Assembly (NCBI GenBank): GCA_043228905.1
Contig: JBHGNT010000001.1
Span: 9,672,001-9,736,000, forward strand
Reading direction: 5' to 3'
Source of the DNA: Azolla caroliniana
Taxonomy: Eukaryota; Plantae; Polypodiophyta
DNA length: 64,000 nucleotides
Positions within the stretch are counted from its first letter, which is position 1. Each line of letters begins with the position of its first letter. Position numbers and translations under genes: made by a program. Of this stretch, positions 50,581 to 64,000 are shown piece by piece. Under the pieces are notes generated by a model. It was not told the DNA's origin. It made no database searches and saw only the letters and a list, made by a program, of their open reading frames with translations.

Positions 50581-51170
50581 AACCTATCACAAAGACTGCC
50601 CAAGGTAGTCTTTTCTCCATGTGCATGCATGTCCCTAGGTCCTAAAGTGACCACATTGCATGCTTCTTGTTTTGTCCCTTCTTGTGGTGTTCTCTCATGG
50701 TAAGAGTGTACCACCATTTCTTCATTCTCCACGTCGATGTCCTCCGTTGCCTCCGATATCGTCATCTTATCCTAAGGAACACCCTTTAGATCCGTTTGGC
50801 CTACTTGGCCCTCCTCGTCCATCGTAGCACTCTGCTTCGCCTCGTTGGCTCCCTCATCAACTTCGACCTCCATCTCTTCAGCCAATTTGAGAGGAATTCA
50901 TGTTTATATCCATTATTCTTGATGTGATAGTGATCCGAGATCAAAACAATTTTCCATGAACAATTTTCCATCCCGGAACTCACCCGATTGAAGAGGTCAA
51001 AGATGATGAATACAATCGAAGACCCGCAATGTGTGTTGAGTATGTGGATGCCAATAACACAAGATTCCTTATTTTAATCGTTGCTTCTCGCACAGACCAC
51101 CAAATTTAACTTGCTATATCTCGTTATGAAGCTCTAATCAAGGGTTTTCCAACACATGTCTTTATGCTCG

Positions 51171-51204
<34 letters not shown>

Positions 51205-52306
51205 CTGTCAAATTTCAAAGTAACAAACCCCTAAACCCCCCTGTCAATTTTCAAAGAACAAAGCCCTAGCTCTCTCTCTCTCTCTCTTCTACTATAGCTA
51301 ACTAACATCTATGTCGATATTTTTTACATAGGTACATTGTGGTTTCTTTGATAGACTATCATCAATAGCAACATTTTATTTCACATAATATGTATAGGTT
51401 TCTTGAATTACAAATTAGCATCAATGCCAATTATTCTTCACATGAATATGTCAAGTTTAATCTTTGAGTGCCATAATGACATTAATGTCGGCGATGTGTT
51501 GTGTGAATCCATGGGGATTCAAGTTTAATTTGTCACATGAATACGCTAGAGTTTCACCATCGACCAAAGGATGATCCATCGTAGAATATAGTAAGGGTTT
51601 CTTTGGTACTTTGACATCGATGCTCATAATTTGTTTTTCTTTTACCCGAACACATTGGAGTCTATTTGACAACCTCCCACATGCGTTGAGATGTTCATCT
51701 TGCAAATGCGTCATCAAAGGACAAACTTGCATCAATGATGCTTGATGAGCCTCGCACAATTACATCTAGAGTTCTTCTAACTAGTATCTCGTCACACGAC
51801 TACATCAAGGGGCACATAGGTGGCATCAAACATGCAAGTAACAAATGGACGGCGAGGGTTGGGTTCGAACGATGGACGGGCATTAGACATCATCGGATAT
51901 CGAGCGAGAGATACTTAGAGAGTGCGATGTATGTTATGTTTCTTTTATTATGAAAAAATATATCCTTTCATTAGTGTAATAGTTTACAAGATTTCGAACT
52001 CTATGTGATCGGCGGAGGAAACAACCATTTTGGAGGTTGAAAGTGCTAGAAAGGAGTGCCATTCTTGGAGGTCATGAATGGAGTAGCTGTCCACATGATA
52101 AGAAACTCGCGGCGTTGAGTAGTTTTAGCATCAGAATCTCCAACTACGCCATCCTATTGACCCTTCAAAGTATGTAGTATATGTCCAACAAAGTATTTGT
52201 AACCAATTGAGGTGATGATGCCTTAACTCGATGGAAAACGAGAGAGCACTGAGCCTTCCAGATGTATGTATACAATCATACTACTCAATATCTCCCAGAT
52301 ATTATG

Positions 52307-52421
52307 TTATGTTATGTATGTATATGTATGTATGTGTAGTATTATGTATGATTTATGAATGAATGAATGAATGAATGAATGAATGTATGTATGTATGTAT
52401 GTATGTATGTATGTATGTATG

Positions 52422-52452
<31 letters not shown>

Positions 52453-52475
52453 GAATGAATGTATGTATGTATAAT
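52307..52475. repeat. Compound (GAAT)n/(GTAT)n microsatellite
   Basis: Direct reading. Confidence 0.95.
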
Positions 52476-52609
52476 GTATGTATAACAAGAGTGGAGCGAG
52501 TACAATATGAAGGAATGGATGGAGGCTTAAACCACACTCACTCAGAACTCTCTCCATCGATATAGGGTATTATTCTGCATTCATCTTAACCCTCTTGCCG
52601 CCGTATCCC

Positions 52610-52703
52610 CCATAGCCATAGCCATCGCCATCGCCATCGCCATCGCCATAGCCATAGCCATCGCATCCCCATCCCCATCGCATCCTTATTAAACACCCCT
52701 CTG

Positions 52704-52747
<44 letters not shown>

Positions 52748-52757
52748 AGTAGGGTTT
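52610..52757 (+). promoter_or_regulatory. eIF5B promoter/5'UTR: (GCCATC)n, (CT)n tract and a telo-box TAGGGTTT at 52750-52757
   Basis: Direct reading. Telo-boxes are common near plant translation-machinery genes. Confidence 0.55.
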
Positions 52758-52805
52758 GACGCCTTGGGTCCCCCGAATTCGAGTCTTCTTCTTGTTCTGT
52801 ATGCA

Positions 52806-55800
52806 ATGAAATCTAAGAAAGGAAAGAAGTCAGGGAAGCCCTATGCTCCGGATGAAGAAGATCCATATCCTGTTTTAGTGGAAAATGATGAAGGCCCGAA
52901 GAAAATCGATGAAAAGAGAAAGGATCTTAAACTTGCTTCTTCCAAATCCGACGATGTGGATGAACGGGAAGACGATGAAGATGAAGACTTAAATGCTCAA
53001 GTAGATTTCTCAGGCATGAAGAAGAAGAAAAAGAAGAAAGAAAAGGGAAAAACTACAATAGGTTTTAATGCTTTGCTAGATCAAGAAGATGAAGAAGAGA
53101 TTGATTCTGCTGACGTTCTTGTAGATGAACCAGAGGAAAGTATAGATTTTTCTTCACTCAAAAAGAATACGAATAAGAATAAGAATAGGAAAGAGAAGGA
53201 TAAAGAGAAGTCTTTTGGGCTTGAAAGTTTTGTAGAACGAAAAGAAGATGATGGTTCGAATCCTGAAGTATTCGATGATCTGGATGATGCTGATAATGTA
53301 GGCAGTATTGATTTCTCAGGTATGGAAGAAAATGAAATAAACAGAAAGAAGAAAATTATGTTTGTTATGAACACTGATGAACTATGATAAATGAAGAAAT
53401 CAGAAAGGAATCTGGAAGGATTTGATATTTTGGTTAGTAGGTGAATAGACAGGGACAAAAAGAAAATAAAAGAAAAAGAACAGTTTAATCTAGCAGACTT
53501 TGATGTATTGCTATGAACCTGATGTATGTATTGGATAGTCAATGCTTCGGATATGAATTTGATGATGTGCATAATTTATGTTTTGATATGAATTTGATGA
53601 GGTATGTAGTTTTGATACTAATTTAATGATGCAGAATAGTTAATGTTTTGATATGTAAGTCTTTTTTGGTATGAAATTAGTGATGTAAACAATTCATGAT
53701 ATTGCTTTTATGTTATGCATTTGATGATGTAAAGAGTTGAATTTATTTTTTGGGCTACGATTTGGGCAATTTAGATTGCTAGTGTTCTGGTACGAACCGG
53801 ATGAAGTAGATAGTATGGAATCCCTTAGGCATGAAAAATAAAATGAATAAAAGTAAGAGTCCACATGGTTTAAAGCTGGAGAGAATTTAGTGTTTTGGAT
53901 GAACTTGATGTGCTAGATGATGAAGAAGGAGAGAAATTCACATGCTTTAGCATGCTTGGTAAATGGAGTAGATAGTTTGGAGAACCTTTGTTGACTCGCT
54001 GTAAAACCCAAAGTTATGAAGAATATGATATTTTGCATGAAGTAAATGAGATGGAGTGGCATGTATTTTTTCAGGTATGAAAAAGAAGAAGAAAAAAGAG
54101 AAAAATGCCCCAAAAGGTTTTGAAAATCTAGCAGATGAGGAGGACATTGACACGATTTTGGCTTCAAATGTGATTGAAGATCAAGGAATGAATGAAGATG
54201 AATTAGATAACATAGATTTTTCAGGGCTAAAGAAGAAAAAGAAGAAAAGGGATAAGGAAACAAGCAAAGGTTTTGGCAATAATATTACAAGTACAGACTT
54301 TGAATCTATATCAGTTGAAGTAGATGACTTAAGGGCTGCAACAGAGAAAGTAGAAACAGAGACAACAAATATATTGGAATCCAAAGGTCTTAATGATGAT
54401 GAAGTGGACGATGTAGACTTTTCAGGTTTGAAGAAGAAAAAGAAAGGGAAGAAGGAAAAAGCCAAAGGTATTGATAATAGAGCAGCAGATGAGGAAGATA
54501 TAGATGCTATATTAGCTCAACTTGATGGCCCGAAAAATGTGATACAACATGATTCACAAGAGCCCACTTCATCCAAGCTTCATCAAGATTCTATACCTGA
54601 AGTGGTGAATGAAACTGATGTAATTGAGTCTGCAGCCTCGAAAAAGAAGAAGAAGAAAAAGGACAAAGAGAAAGAAAAGGCTAAGAGCAAGCAAACAGAG
54701 GATGAGGATATAGATGCAATTTTGGCACAACTGGATGGTGAGAAGGTTGAAGAGGGTGTAGAGACTTCCCAGCTTGAAGCTCCTTCAAAAGAAGAAGTTG
54801 GTATGGAGGAAGAAGAAGGTGGGGTTGAATCAGCCGCGGCGAAGAAGAAGAAGAAAAAGAAAGAAAGGGAGAAAGCTAAGAAGGATGTTGAACCTCCTAT
54901 AGAGGAGAAGCAACAACAAGAAACTTCCAAGGGCAAAGCATCAGATAAAAAGGTGCCAAAACATGTGCGAGAAATGCAAGAGCGTCTAGCGAAACAAAAA
55001 GAAGCTGAAGAAAGAATAAGACGTGAAGAGGAAGAGAGGCGGCTCAAGGAAGAAGAGGAGCAAAGACGGCTCGAAGAGCTTGAACGCCAGAAGGAAGAAG
55101 CCAAAAGGAGGAGAAAAGAACGGGAGAAAGAGAAATTATTGAAGAAGAAACAAGAAGGTAAGCTACTCACAGGGAAGCAAAAGGAGGAGGCCAGAAGGTT
55201 GGCTCTAATGCGTGAACAACTTCTTGCACAAAAAGGACTTGTTGAGGGGGATAGTGTTCCAAAAGAAGAAATTGCAACCAAGAAACCGAAGTATGAAAAC
55301 AAGAAGAAGAGGCGTCCACATGGAGGAGAATCTATCTCAATAGAGGCACCAAATGTGCAAGATCAAGAGATTCCATCTTTGTCAGAGGAAGCTCATGTTG
55401 AGATTGTTGTCCAGAAAGAGCCTGAGATTGAACCTGAATCAGTAATTGTTGAGGAAGAACCTGTAGTTGAAGAAGAAGAAGAGGAGGAGGAGGATGTGGA
55501 CGAGGAGGAGTGGGATGCAAAGAGCTGGGATGATGATAAGATAGAATTGCCTCCTGTTAAAAGTGCATTCGCTGAGGAGGAAGAAGAAGAAACAAAGTCT
55601 TCCTCCAAGAATATATCAAAATCAAGCATCACACAAGCATCGGGGAAATTGCCTATTCATAGAGATGCCTTATCATCGGTGGCAAAGCCGTTAGCCAAGA
55701 CTGAGTCTGTCAGTAATGGAAATGAAAGTGAAGAAGAGGAGACAGAGAGCGAAGAGGAAGAGTCAGACAGTGAAGAGGAAGAGACAGCTGAAACAAAACG

Positions 55801-58800
55801 ACGGAAAGAGGCTGCTCTGAAGAGAAATGCTCGACGGAATGAAGCTCTTGCCAACAGAAGTGCTGAAGATTTGAGGTCTCCTATATGTTGTATTTTAGGC
55901 CATGTTGACACTGGCAAGACTAAGCTATTAGATTGCATTAGAAGAACTAATGTTCAAGAAGGGGAGGCAGGTGGTATTACACAACAAATTGGTGCTACTT
56001 ATTTCCCTATGGAAAATATACAAGAAAGAACAAAAGAATTGGAGAGCGATGTGGAAGTGAAACTCCCTGGTTTGCTAGTGATTGATACCCCAGGACATGA
56101 GTCTTTCACTAATCTTCGATCTCGTGGATCAGGATTATGTGATATTGCTATTCTTGTGGTTGATATAATGCACGGATTGGAACCTCAGACTTTAGAATCC
56201 TTGAATCTATTAAAAATGCGACATACTCCTTTTGTTGTGGCTCTTAATAAGGTAAAATGGTTTTTTAAAAAACAGACATTGCTCAATGGTTTTTATAAAT
56301 ACATTTAGATCCAAAAGTCACTATATTCGGTGACTTTTCAGGTGGATAGACTCTATAGCTGGAAAAGTGTTCCCAACTCTCCCATTGTAAAGTCTTTGCA
56401 TCGACAAACGAGAGATGTTATTCAGGAATTTGAAAGACGAACTAGTCAGGTGAACTGTTGTGGTCCCCTTGAAGTGTTCCATGCTGTGTTCATTCAGATT
56501 TCACTTGCACATAACACAAGGCATTTCAGTATGCCTAATAAGCATGGCTGGAAATGTCCTTTTGGGAGGGGCATCATTCACACTATCTTCTGTGATGGGC
56601 TCACTCAAAACAAACAATTTCTTATGGAGGCACTAAAGTGTGAGGACGTACTCTGTTTTTTCAGATCATGGCCGAATTACAGGAACAGGGACTGAACTCT
56701 GAGTTGTACTACAAAAATAAAGATAAAAGGAAGGTTGTAAGCATTGTGCCAACCAGTGCTATCAGGTCTGTATTGCTATATATGAATGTTTTTTAGTATG
56801 TTTTGGGTTTTTAGCAAATGAACAAGTTTAACTAATTTGTCCACCTGTATTATGTTTTATCCCAGTGGTGAGGGAGTTCCTGACATGTTGATGCTTCTAG
56901 TAAATTTGACACAGAAGGTTATGAAAGAGAAACTCATGTACATGAGTGAAGTAGAGGTAAAAAAAATTGAACTATGCATGATAATACTCATCAATTTTTT
57001 TGTTTTCCTCCTTCGTTTATGTTTGGTTAGATGATTTTGACCCAAGAAAAGCAAGCAATATCGTGTATAAATTTCTTCTGTTGTAACATTGCCTATTTTA
57101 TAGTGCACTGTGCTAGAGGTGAAAGTGATCGAAGGTCTGGGAACAACTATTGATGTCATTTTGGTGAATGGTGTGCTGCATGAAGGTGATCAAATTGTAG
57201 TGTGTGGCATGCAGGTAAACATTCATCCAGATCATGTTATGTGATCTTTCATGCAATAATATGTTAAAAAAATTAGAAGTTTTATGTTTTATCTTAAAAT
57301 TTTGAATTATGTAGGGCCCTATTGTTACAACTATAAGAGCTCTCCTTACCCCACATCCAATGAAAGAACTTCGAGTAAAGGTGTGCATCTGTTCTTGCAG
57401 GCTTTGATATCACTCCCTTGTTTTTGGAGTTTTCATTTTCATTGACATTTGAGTTGTATCACAAACCCAGGGTTCTTATCAACATCACAAGGAGCTTAAA
57501 GCTGCACAAGGGATTAAACTTACTGCACAGGTTCTTAAGCATTTTCCCTTTTTCTTATATTTTGGTATGAAAGTGTTCATCTCTAAGGAAATCTCCAACT
57601 ATGTGGCACCTATGTGAGGGTTTTTAACTTTTTGTGTTAGGGACTTGAGCATGCAATAGCAGGGACACAGCTACATGTGGTTGGTCCTGATGATGATCTT
57701 GAAGATGTGAAAGAGGAGGCAATGAAGGATATGGAGAATGTAATGAGTAGAGTGGATAAGAGTGGTGAAGGTGTGTGTGTCCAAGCTTCCACACTGGGAT
57801 CTTTAGAAGCACTTCTAGAGTTCCTTAAGAGTCCAGCTGTGAAGATTCCAGTTAGTGGTATCAATATTGGACCCGTACACAAGCGTGATGTAATGAGAGC
57901 CAGTGTGATGCTAGAAAGGAAGAAGAAAGAATATGCTACAATACTTGCCTTCGACGTGAAAGTCACACCAGAAGCCAAAGAGCTCGCAGAAGAGGTCGGG
58001 GTTCGAATATTTATGGCGGATATCATCTATCATTTGTTTGATCAGTTCACAGCCTACATGAAAAATGTGAAAGAGGAGAAACGAAAAGATGTGGCTGATG
58101 AAGCTGTTTTCCCATGTGTTTTGAGTATAAAGCCCCAGTGTGTCTTTAACAAGAAAGACCCAATCATTTTGGGTGTGGATGTGGTGGAGGGTATTGCGAG
58201 GGTAAGGATTGTAAATGTTTCAGCTTTTTTATTTACTCTCTTAATTATAAACATATGTGTGTGTGTGTGTGTGTGTGTGCACAGAGTCAATTTTTTATTC
58301 TATTGGTTTGTGTATACAGATTGGGACCCCATTATGTGTGCCTTCACAAGAAATGATTGATATCGGAAGGATTGCCTCCATGGAAGTGAATCACAAAGTG
58401 GTTGAGGTTGCAAAAAAAGGTCAAGCAGTTGCGATGAAGGTAAAACAAAAGTAAAAACAACCTTTCAGATACTGTATTTTTGGTGTGTTTTCTTCTTTTG
58501 AGAAAGGATAACCAGCTTTTTCAGATACTGTATTTTGATGTGTGTTTATCTTCTTTTTCTGGTTATTCTATCTATATAATGTGTGTAATAACATGTGGAT
58601 GTGTACAATATCTGAAGATCGTGGGCAGCACTGCGGAGGAAACACAGAAGATGGTTGGTCGACATTTTGATATTCAAGATGAGCTCGTGAGTCATATTAC
58701 TAGAAGGTCTATCGATGTCCTAAAGGAGAATTTCAGGGTATATGCTGTGCACATCTTTTTGCTTTATATGAATTTGAATTTCAATGCCACTCTAGTTTTT

Positions 58801-59411
58801 TATAACTTATAACTATTTTGATAGGATTTTTTACATTTATATATAACTTGTTGACAGGATTGCAAATAAAGTTCTGTATGTTGTGTACATGGTTTATGTA
58901 ATGTTTTGTGTATAGAGCTTAATGTACTGTATATAGTAATTTGTATGTGTATAAATTTATGCAATATTTGAATTTTATAATTATATATGCTATGTATATA
59001 GTTTACTTTATGATCCTATTGTATAGTTTTGCATAGTTGTATATCCAATAGGATTGTAATTAGACCACAACAGTGTGTAATTAATATATGATTCATATAC
59101 AAGTTGTATAATATACATATGTTCATGTTATTTGTAGAATTGTATAATCAAGTATGTACATTTTAATAACTATAGCTTATGCAAATGGTATATCTAACTA
59201 ATGTATAGTTAGGCAACAACATTAATTAAGTATAGCATGATGTAATGGTATACTTAACCTATTAAACAATGTTTTGACAGGGTTTGTAAAACCCATGCCT
59301 GTTCTTATGGCTTACTGTATGTGTTATATCAACTTTTGTCTGCAGGATGAACTTTCTGTAGAAGAATGGAAGCTTGTTGTGAAGTTGAAGAAGCTATTTA
59401 ATATACCTTGA
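52806..59411 (+). CDS. eIF5B: Eukaryotic translation initiation factor 5B, 12 exons
   Basis: Exons 52806-53319, 54075-56251, 56342-56449, 56665-56765, 56866-56956, 57104-57214, 57315-57380, 57471-57530, 57641-58201, 58320-58439, 58618-58737 and 59346-59411 have GT-AG introns in phase. Motifs: [67 protein letters not shown]. The exon 1/2 junction is the least certain. Confidence 0.93.
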
Positions 59412-61389
59412 AAATACTGCCTTTTTATTATACCTATGGTTGATAACTGTAACCATCGAATTCTCGTATCTGTGAGTATTTAGCACTTCCATTTCTAGAT
59501 ATCTGATCCTCTAAAAAAGCTATAAAGTTTCAGCCAAAAAGCAGAAGACTTCCGCCAGAGGTGGAGGTGGTGGAGCTTGTGAAGATTAAGAGTTGGTTTT
59601 ACCAATGCGAAAGCTTGATAAAGAGAATATCCATGCAAAATTCCCAAAGAAACTTAAAAGAGCATTTTGTTTTTGAGCATATATAGTGAAGAAAAGGCTT
59701 TTGAGGTCTTGTGGCTGTCTAATTCTGTTACTATAAATGCAGCTTGTAAATGCTGTGTAATTTTTGTTTACTAAGATTTATTCTGGGATTTCAAAGATTT
59801 ATGTTAAATTTTGAGTACACAGCCTGAAATGCATAAATTTCATCCTCAAAAAGGGGATCTAATTTTTGACTATCAATATTTCTCTAAACCTGTGTTCTGT
59901 TGTTTCCCAAGGTTCTACACGTTTCATAGACACTTCAAAGAATGTATAGGGGAATTTTTATTCTCCTAATATTTTTTGCAGTAAAGATCCTTTGTTGGAA
60001 GGGATGTATTCGGAAAGAGTTATTGGTCCATTGAGAGAAGTGTTAAGAAGTTATTGGTTATCGTGGTGTGTTTATTTATGGTTATATAGTACCAAAGTAA
60101 ATCCTCACGTATGTTAACATGATATTAGTCATCAATGTGTTTAGAGGAGTTATTTGTTATTGTGATGTGTTCATTTATGGTTATATACTACAAAAGCTCC
60201 TCACACTAGAACATGATAATAGTGATTAACAGCGTAATATGTGAAATGCTGAAAACATGATTGGTTGTTTCAGGCATGAATTATTATGTTGTTCGGTTAA
60301 CCTGGAAACTTTTTTGCGGCATTTGCTTAGTAGGTCAACATATGATTTGAGCAACTGAGGCTTTCAATTTCTAATTAAAAACTTGGGTAGTTAGTCAAAA
60401 TGCTTGACCAAGTGTTCAAGGGATTTCCAAAATTCTCAGAATCACCTCTTTGGATATTTCTCAATTTCACTAAATCACCCGTTAGTTTTTGAAAATCCCT
60501 ATACTCTCTTCCTTTGGTGAGTTTTGGGTGTTCTGGTGAAATTTTGAAATGTAATGGGTTATTTTGACCAACCTAGAGTTTTGTGAAATCTTGTTTTACT
60601 TCAATTGAGAAGTAAGTGGTAAGGGTTTGGTAGAATCTTCTGATATTAATAGGTGATAATACTAGAGTTGGCTGGATATATTTACCGGAATAATTAAGAC
60701 CCCTCTTGTGCAAACTTGCATAAGAATACGCTACCGATGTGACCGAGGCTAGTGCGACAGTAGTATTGATATTGTATCGTTACACATTTTTTATTTAGAA
60801 ATAACAAAAGTAATTTATTCCGCCGCACTTCAATAACGTCAAAGATTGTTTCCAATATATCAACCATACAACATAGGGTTGTGTTCATGTATTGCTCAAT
60901 GATGAGCCATGCCTTGAATGTTATTGTGAATGTTATTGCCGAATGTTATCGTCTAATGGGGTTCAAATGTGAGTTTTGTCACGGCATCATATTCATTGGT
61001 TGTATTGGCCATTACATAATACAACTTTGTAACCCAAAGGGATTTTCCTTGTCTTTGGTAGTCCATTGTGATTAATACAACAAATATCACAAAATTTTGG
61101 CTTAAGTATGATAAGTATAGATGTCGAAGGAATAGAAAAACTTATAAATAGTAAAATTTGTGTACCCTTCATAGTGGCAATCTAATTTGTCCTCTATTGT
61201 GGAATTACATTCATAATTTTTTTAAATTATTTTTTGGGTTTATAGTAAGACTTTATTAACATTAACAAATTAGCAAAATTAAATTTGACTGAAAAACAAC
61301 TTAGTTGCTTACAAAATGAGCAATAAAGCCATTTACCACACAAACAATTGCATCCAAAATGTGCCCCAGTCGCTAACAATTTCATACTT

Positions 61390-64000
61390 TGATACACAAA
61401 ACAATAGCTTTTGAGGACGGAACAGGGCCAAGAAATGTGAAACCACACTAGGAGTGCTACACATATTATGACCTTTTTGGCCCATTCTTTATCCCACATC
61501 GAAAATGTGGGATTTGGGAGGTGGTTTAGGAGTTCTAAATAAGCTCCTCTTCCTCTTAGTTTTGCATACTCAATTTTGTATTCTTCTCTTCCAATTTTAA
61601 TAGAGCAAGTTGCTTTGGAGGATGTAGGCTTAATTGATCGAACCTCGATAAATTCTAGTTTTGTTTTCTCTTTCCTTCTTACTCTATGTAATAGCTTTAT
61701 TCTTGGTTATATATTGTTATTTTGACGTTTCCACAACAATTGGTATCAGAGTCAAGGTTCTATTTGAGTATGCTCTATGGTCGTAGCTTTGTCTAAAGAA
61801 TTACTTTGGTCATTTTGAAACCTTGGGTTGTTTGTGGATGTAATATTGAATACTATTTATTAGGTTTGTAATGACATCAAAAGATCAAAAAGAAAATAAT
61901 ACTGTGTCAAATAATCCGTCGGGAACATCGGGCTCTTCGTCATCACAGTCGAGGTTCCCAATGTCCAATTTGAAATTGGCGATAGAGATATTTGATGGTA
62001 CTAGCCATTTCGAGATGTGGCAAGGAGAGGTTTTAGACTCTCTTTTCTAGTAGGGTCTTGATATTGCTATTGAAGAAGAGAAACCAAAAGAGGTTGGCAT
62101 GCGAAACAATTCAATCATGCATGTCCAAAGAGCAGAAACATGCTTTTAAGAATGAGACTTTTGCACACAAATTTTGGAAGACATTGGAGGTCAAATTTCT
62201 GGAAAAAAAAAGTGGTCAAAATAAGCTCCTAAATAAGAGATTGTTTCGATTTGACTACAAACCAGGTACTACAATGAATGAACACCTCACTATGTTTAAT
62301 CAATTAGTAGCAAACCTGTTGAATTAAGATGTTAAATTTGAGGATGAGGATCTAGGTTTGATGTTGTTATCATCTCTTCCAGATGAATTTGAACATTTGG
62401 AAACTATGTTACGTCACAGGAAAGAGAATGTGTCATTAGATGCTATTTGTTCTGCTTTATATAGTCATCAGTCGAGAAAGCAAGATAAGATAATAACCAG
62501 ATCAACAACATCAGAAGAAACATCGGTGGCAAGAGGCCATCAGCAAAGCCATACTAAAGGGAAAAGAGGAAGGTCCAAATCAAAAGGCCGAGTCATTGCC
62601 AAAGATGAGTGTGCTTTCTGTCATGAGAAAAGACAATGGAGGAAAGATTGTCCGAAGTTGAGAGGAAAATGGAAGAGTCCTAAAGATGCAAATGTTGTAA
62701 AATGCAAAAGTGATACTGGTTATGCCTTCAATGTTAGCACATCAAGATGAGTGGATTTTGGATTCAGGTTGTACCTATCATATGTGTCCTATTCGAGAAC
62801 GGTTCTTTGAATTTCAGGAAGTTGATGGTCATATTGTTTACATGGGTAATCATAATCCATGTAAAATAGTTGGGATAGGTTTGATCAAGCTGTGCAATCA
62901 TGATGGATCCACAAGAATTTTGAGGGATGTGTGGTACGTGCCAAAGTTGAAGAAGAATCTCATCTCATTGGGGGCTCTTGAATATAAGGGCCTACTTGTG
63001 ATGATGCGAGATGGAGTTCTTAAGGCAACATCAAGAGCATTGGTGATGTTGAAAGGCATAAGGAAGAACAATTTGTACTATTACCAAGGTAATACAGTGG
63101 TGGCGACAGTGGCAACAACAACTTCAAGTACCGAGAAAGGCACTGAAGCAACGAAGTTGTGGCATATGTGGTTGGGCATGCTGGTGAAAGTCTTTGCAAA
63201 TTCTTGCCAAGCAAGGATTGTTGAAAGGCATGAAGACTTGCAAACTTGAATTTTGTGAGCATTGTGTTCTGGGGAAGCAACGAAAAGTGAAGTTTAGCAC
63301 TTCAATTCATAATACCAAGGGTATTTTGGATTATGTGCACTTAGATGTGTGGGGACCTGCCAAGACTCCGTCCATTGGAGGTAGGCATTATTTTGTCAAT
63401 TTTGCTAATGATTTTTCCAGGAGAGTTTGGGTGTTTATAATGAAGAACAAGGATGATGTGCTTGGAGTTTTCCTTAAGTGGAAAGCTCAAGTTGAAAACT
63501 AGGGAGAAAGATGAAGGTTCTCCGAACTGACAATGGTGGAAACACTAGTGTGATCCATTTCTAGAAGTATGCCAAGATTGTGGCATAAATCGGCATTTCA
63601 CCATTAGAGGAACACTGCAATAGAATGGGGTGCCAAAGCTTATGAACAAGACACTTGTGGAGAAAGTTCGTTGTATGTTGTCTAACACTGGATTAGGCAA
63701 AAAAATTTGGGTTGACAATATTCTTTGTTTTCAACTGTTGAAGCCATGAGAAGTTGACATAGCTTATCCACTTGTGCCACGTATGCTCAACATCTCGTCA
63801 ATCATTTTCCATCCTCTGCTATAGGTGGCAAAACTCCATTAGCGGTTTGGTCTAGAAAACCTGCAATTGATTATGATACTTTGCATGTTTTTGGTTCTAT
63901 TGCATATTATCATGTGACTGGATCTGAAAACTGGATCCAAAGCGAAGAAGGCTCTTTTCATGGGCTTCAATGCTGGAGTGAAGGGATATCGTTTGTGGTG
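61390..64000 (+). mobile_element. Element K: degenerate Ty1/copia (Tnt1/Tork-like), running off the right edge
   Basis: LTR ends ACAACA at 61738 (start uncertain). PBS TGGTATCAGAG at 61741. gag EIFDGTSHFEMWQGEV, CAFCHEKRQWRKDC, WILDSGCTYHM, CEHCVLGKQ, YVHLDVWGP. Many stops. Confidence 0.88.

Noticed and set aside
50580-51960. Short ORFs and TE-like termini between element H and eIF5B
   Set aside because: Probably DNA-transposon debris, but I found no diagnostic motif, TIR pair or TSD.
52764-53387. Separate 207-aa Lys/Asp-rich gene
   Set aside because: It shares the DFSGMKKK repeat with the downstream ORF and splices to it in frame; treated as eIF5B exon 1.
54181-55938. Minus-strand Ser/Phe-rich ORFs
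   Set aside because: Antisense shadows of the Lys/Glu-rich eIF5B exon.

Overview
Eukaryotic land-plant genomic DNA. The retroelement families suggest a non-seed plant such as a fern or lycophyte (inference). There are two spliced host loci on the + strand: a 7-exon ferric-reduction-oxidase (FRO) gene with an in-frame stop (14913-19812) and an apparently intact 12-exon eIF5B gene (52806-59411). The rest is mostly LTR retrotransposons whose ends, TSDs, PBS and PPT can be read directly. At 1-8908 one chromovirus is nested in another; both show covarying self-priming, -1 frameshift and heat-shock-element signals. At 22.3-50.6 kb there is a five-level nest: copia C > chromovirus solo LTR > element D > copia E > Gag-only element G, with copia F also inside D. 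The main discovery is element D (25335-44052), an LTR element with no gag or pol. Once the nested copias are removed, its ~2.3 kb interior is a mosaic of host gene pieces: the 5' end and PHD finger of an ATXR5/6-like gene, an intron-free and RING-less HEI10 copy with its 3' UTR, and a GLE1-like coiled-coil segment. Also notable is the first eIF5B intron, which appears to derive from degenerate copies of the protein's own DFSG(M/L)KKKK repeat. All homology calls come from recognising motifs by eye; no database search was run.
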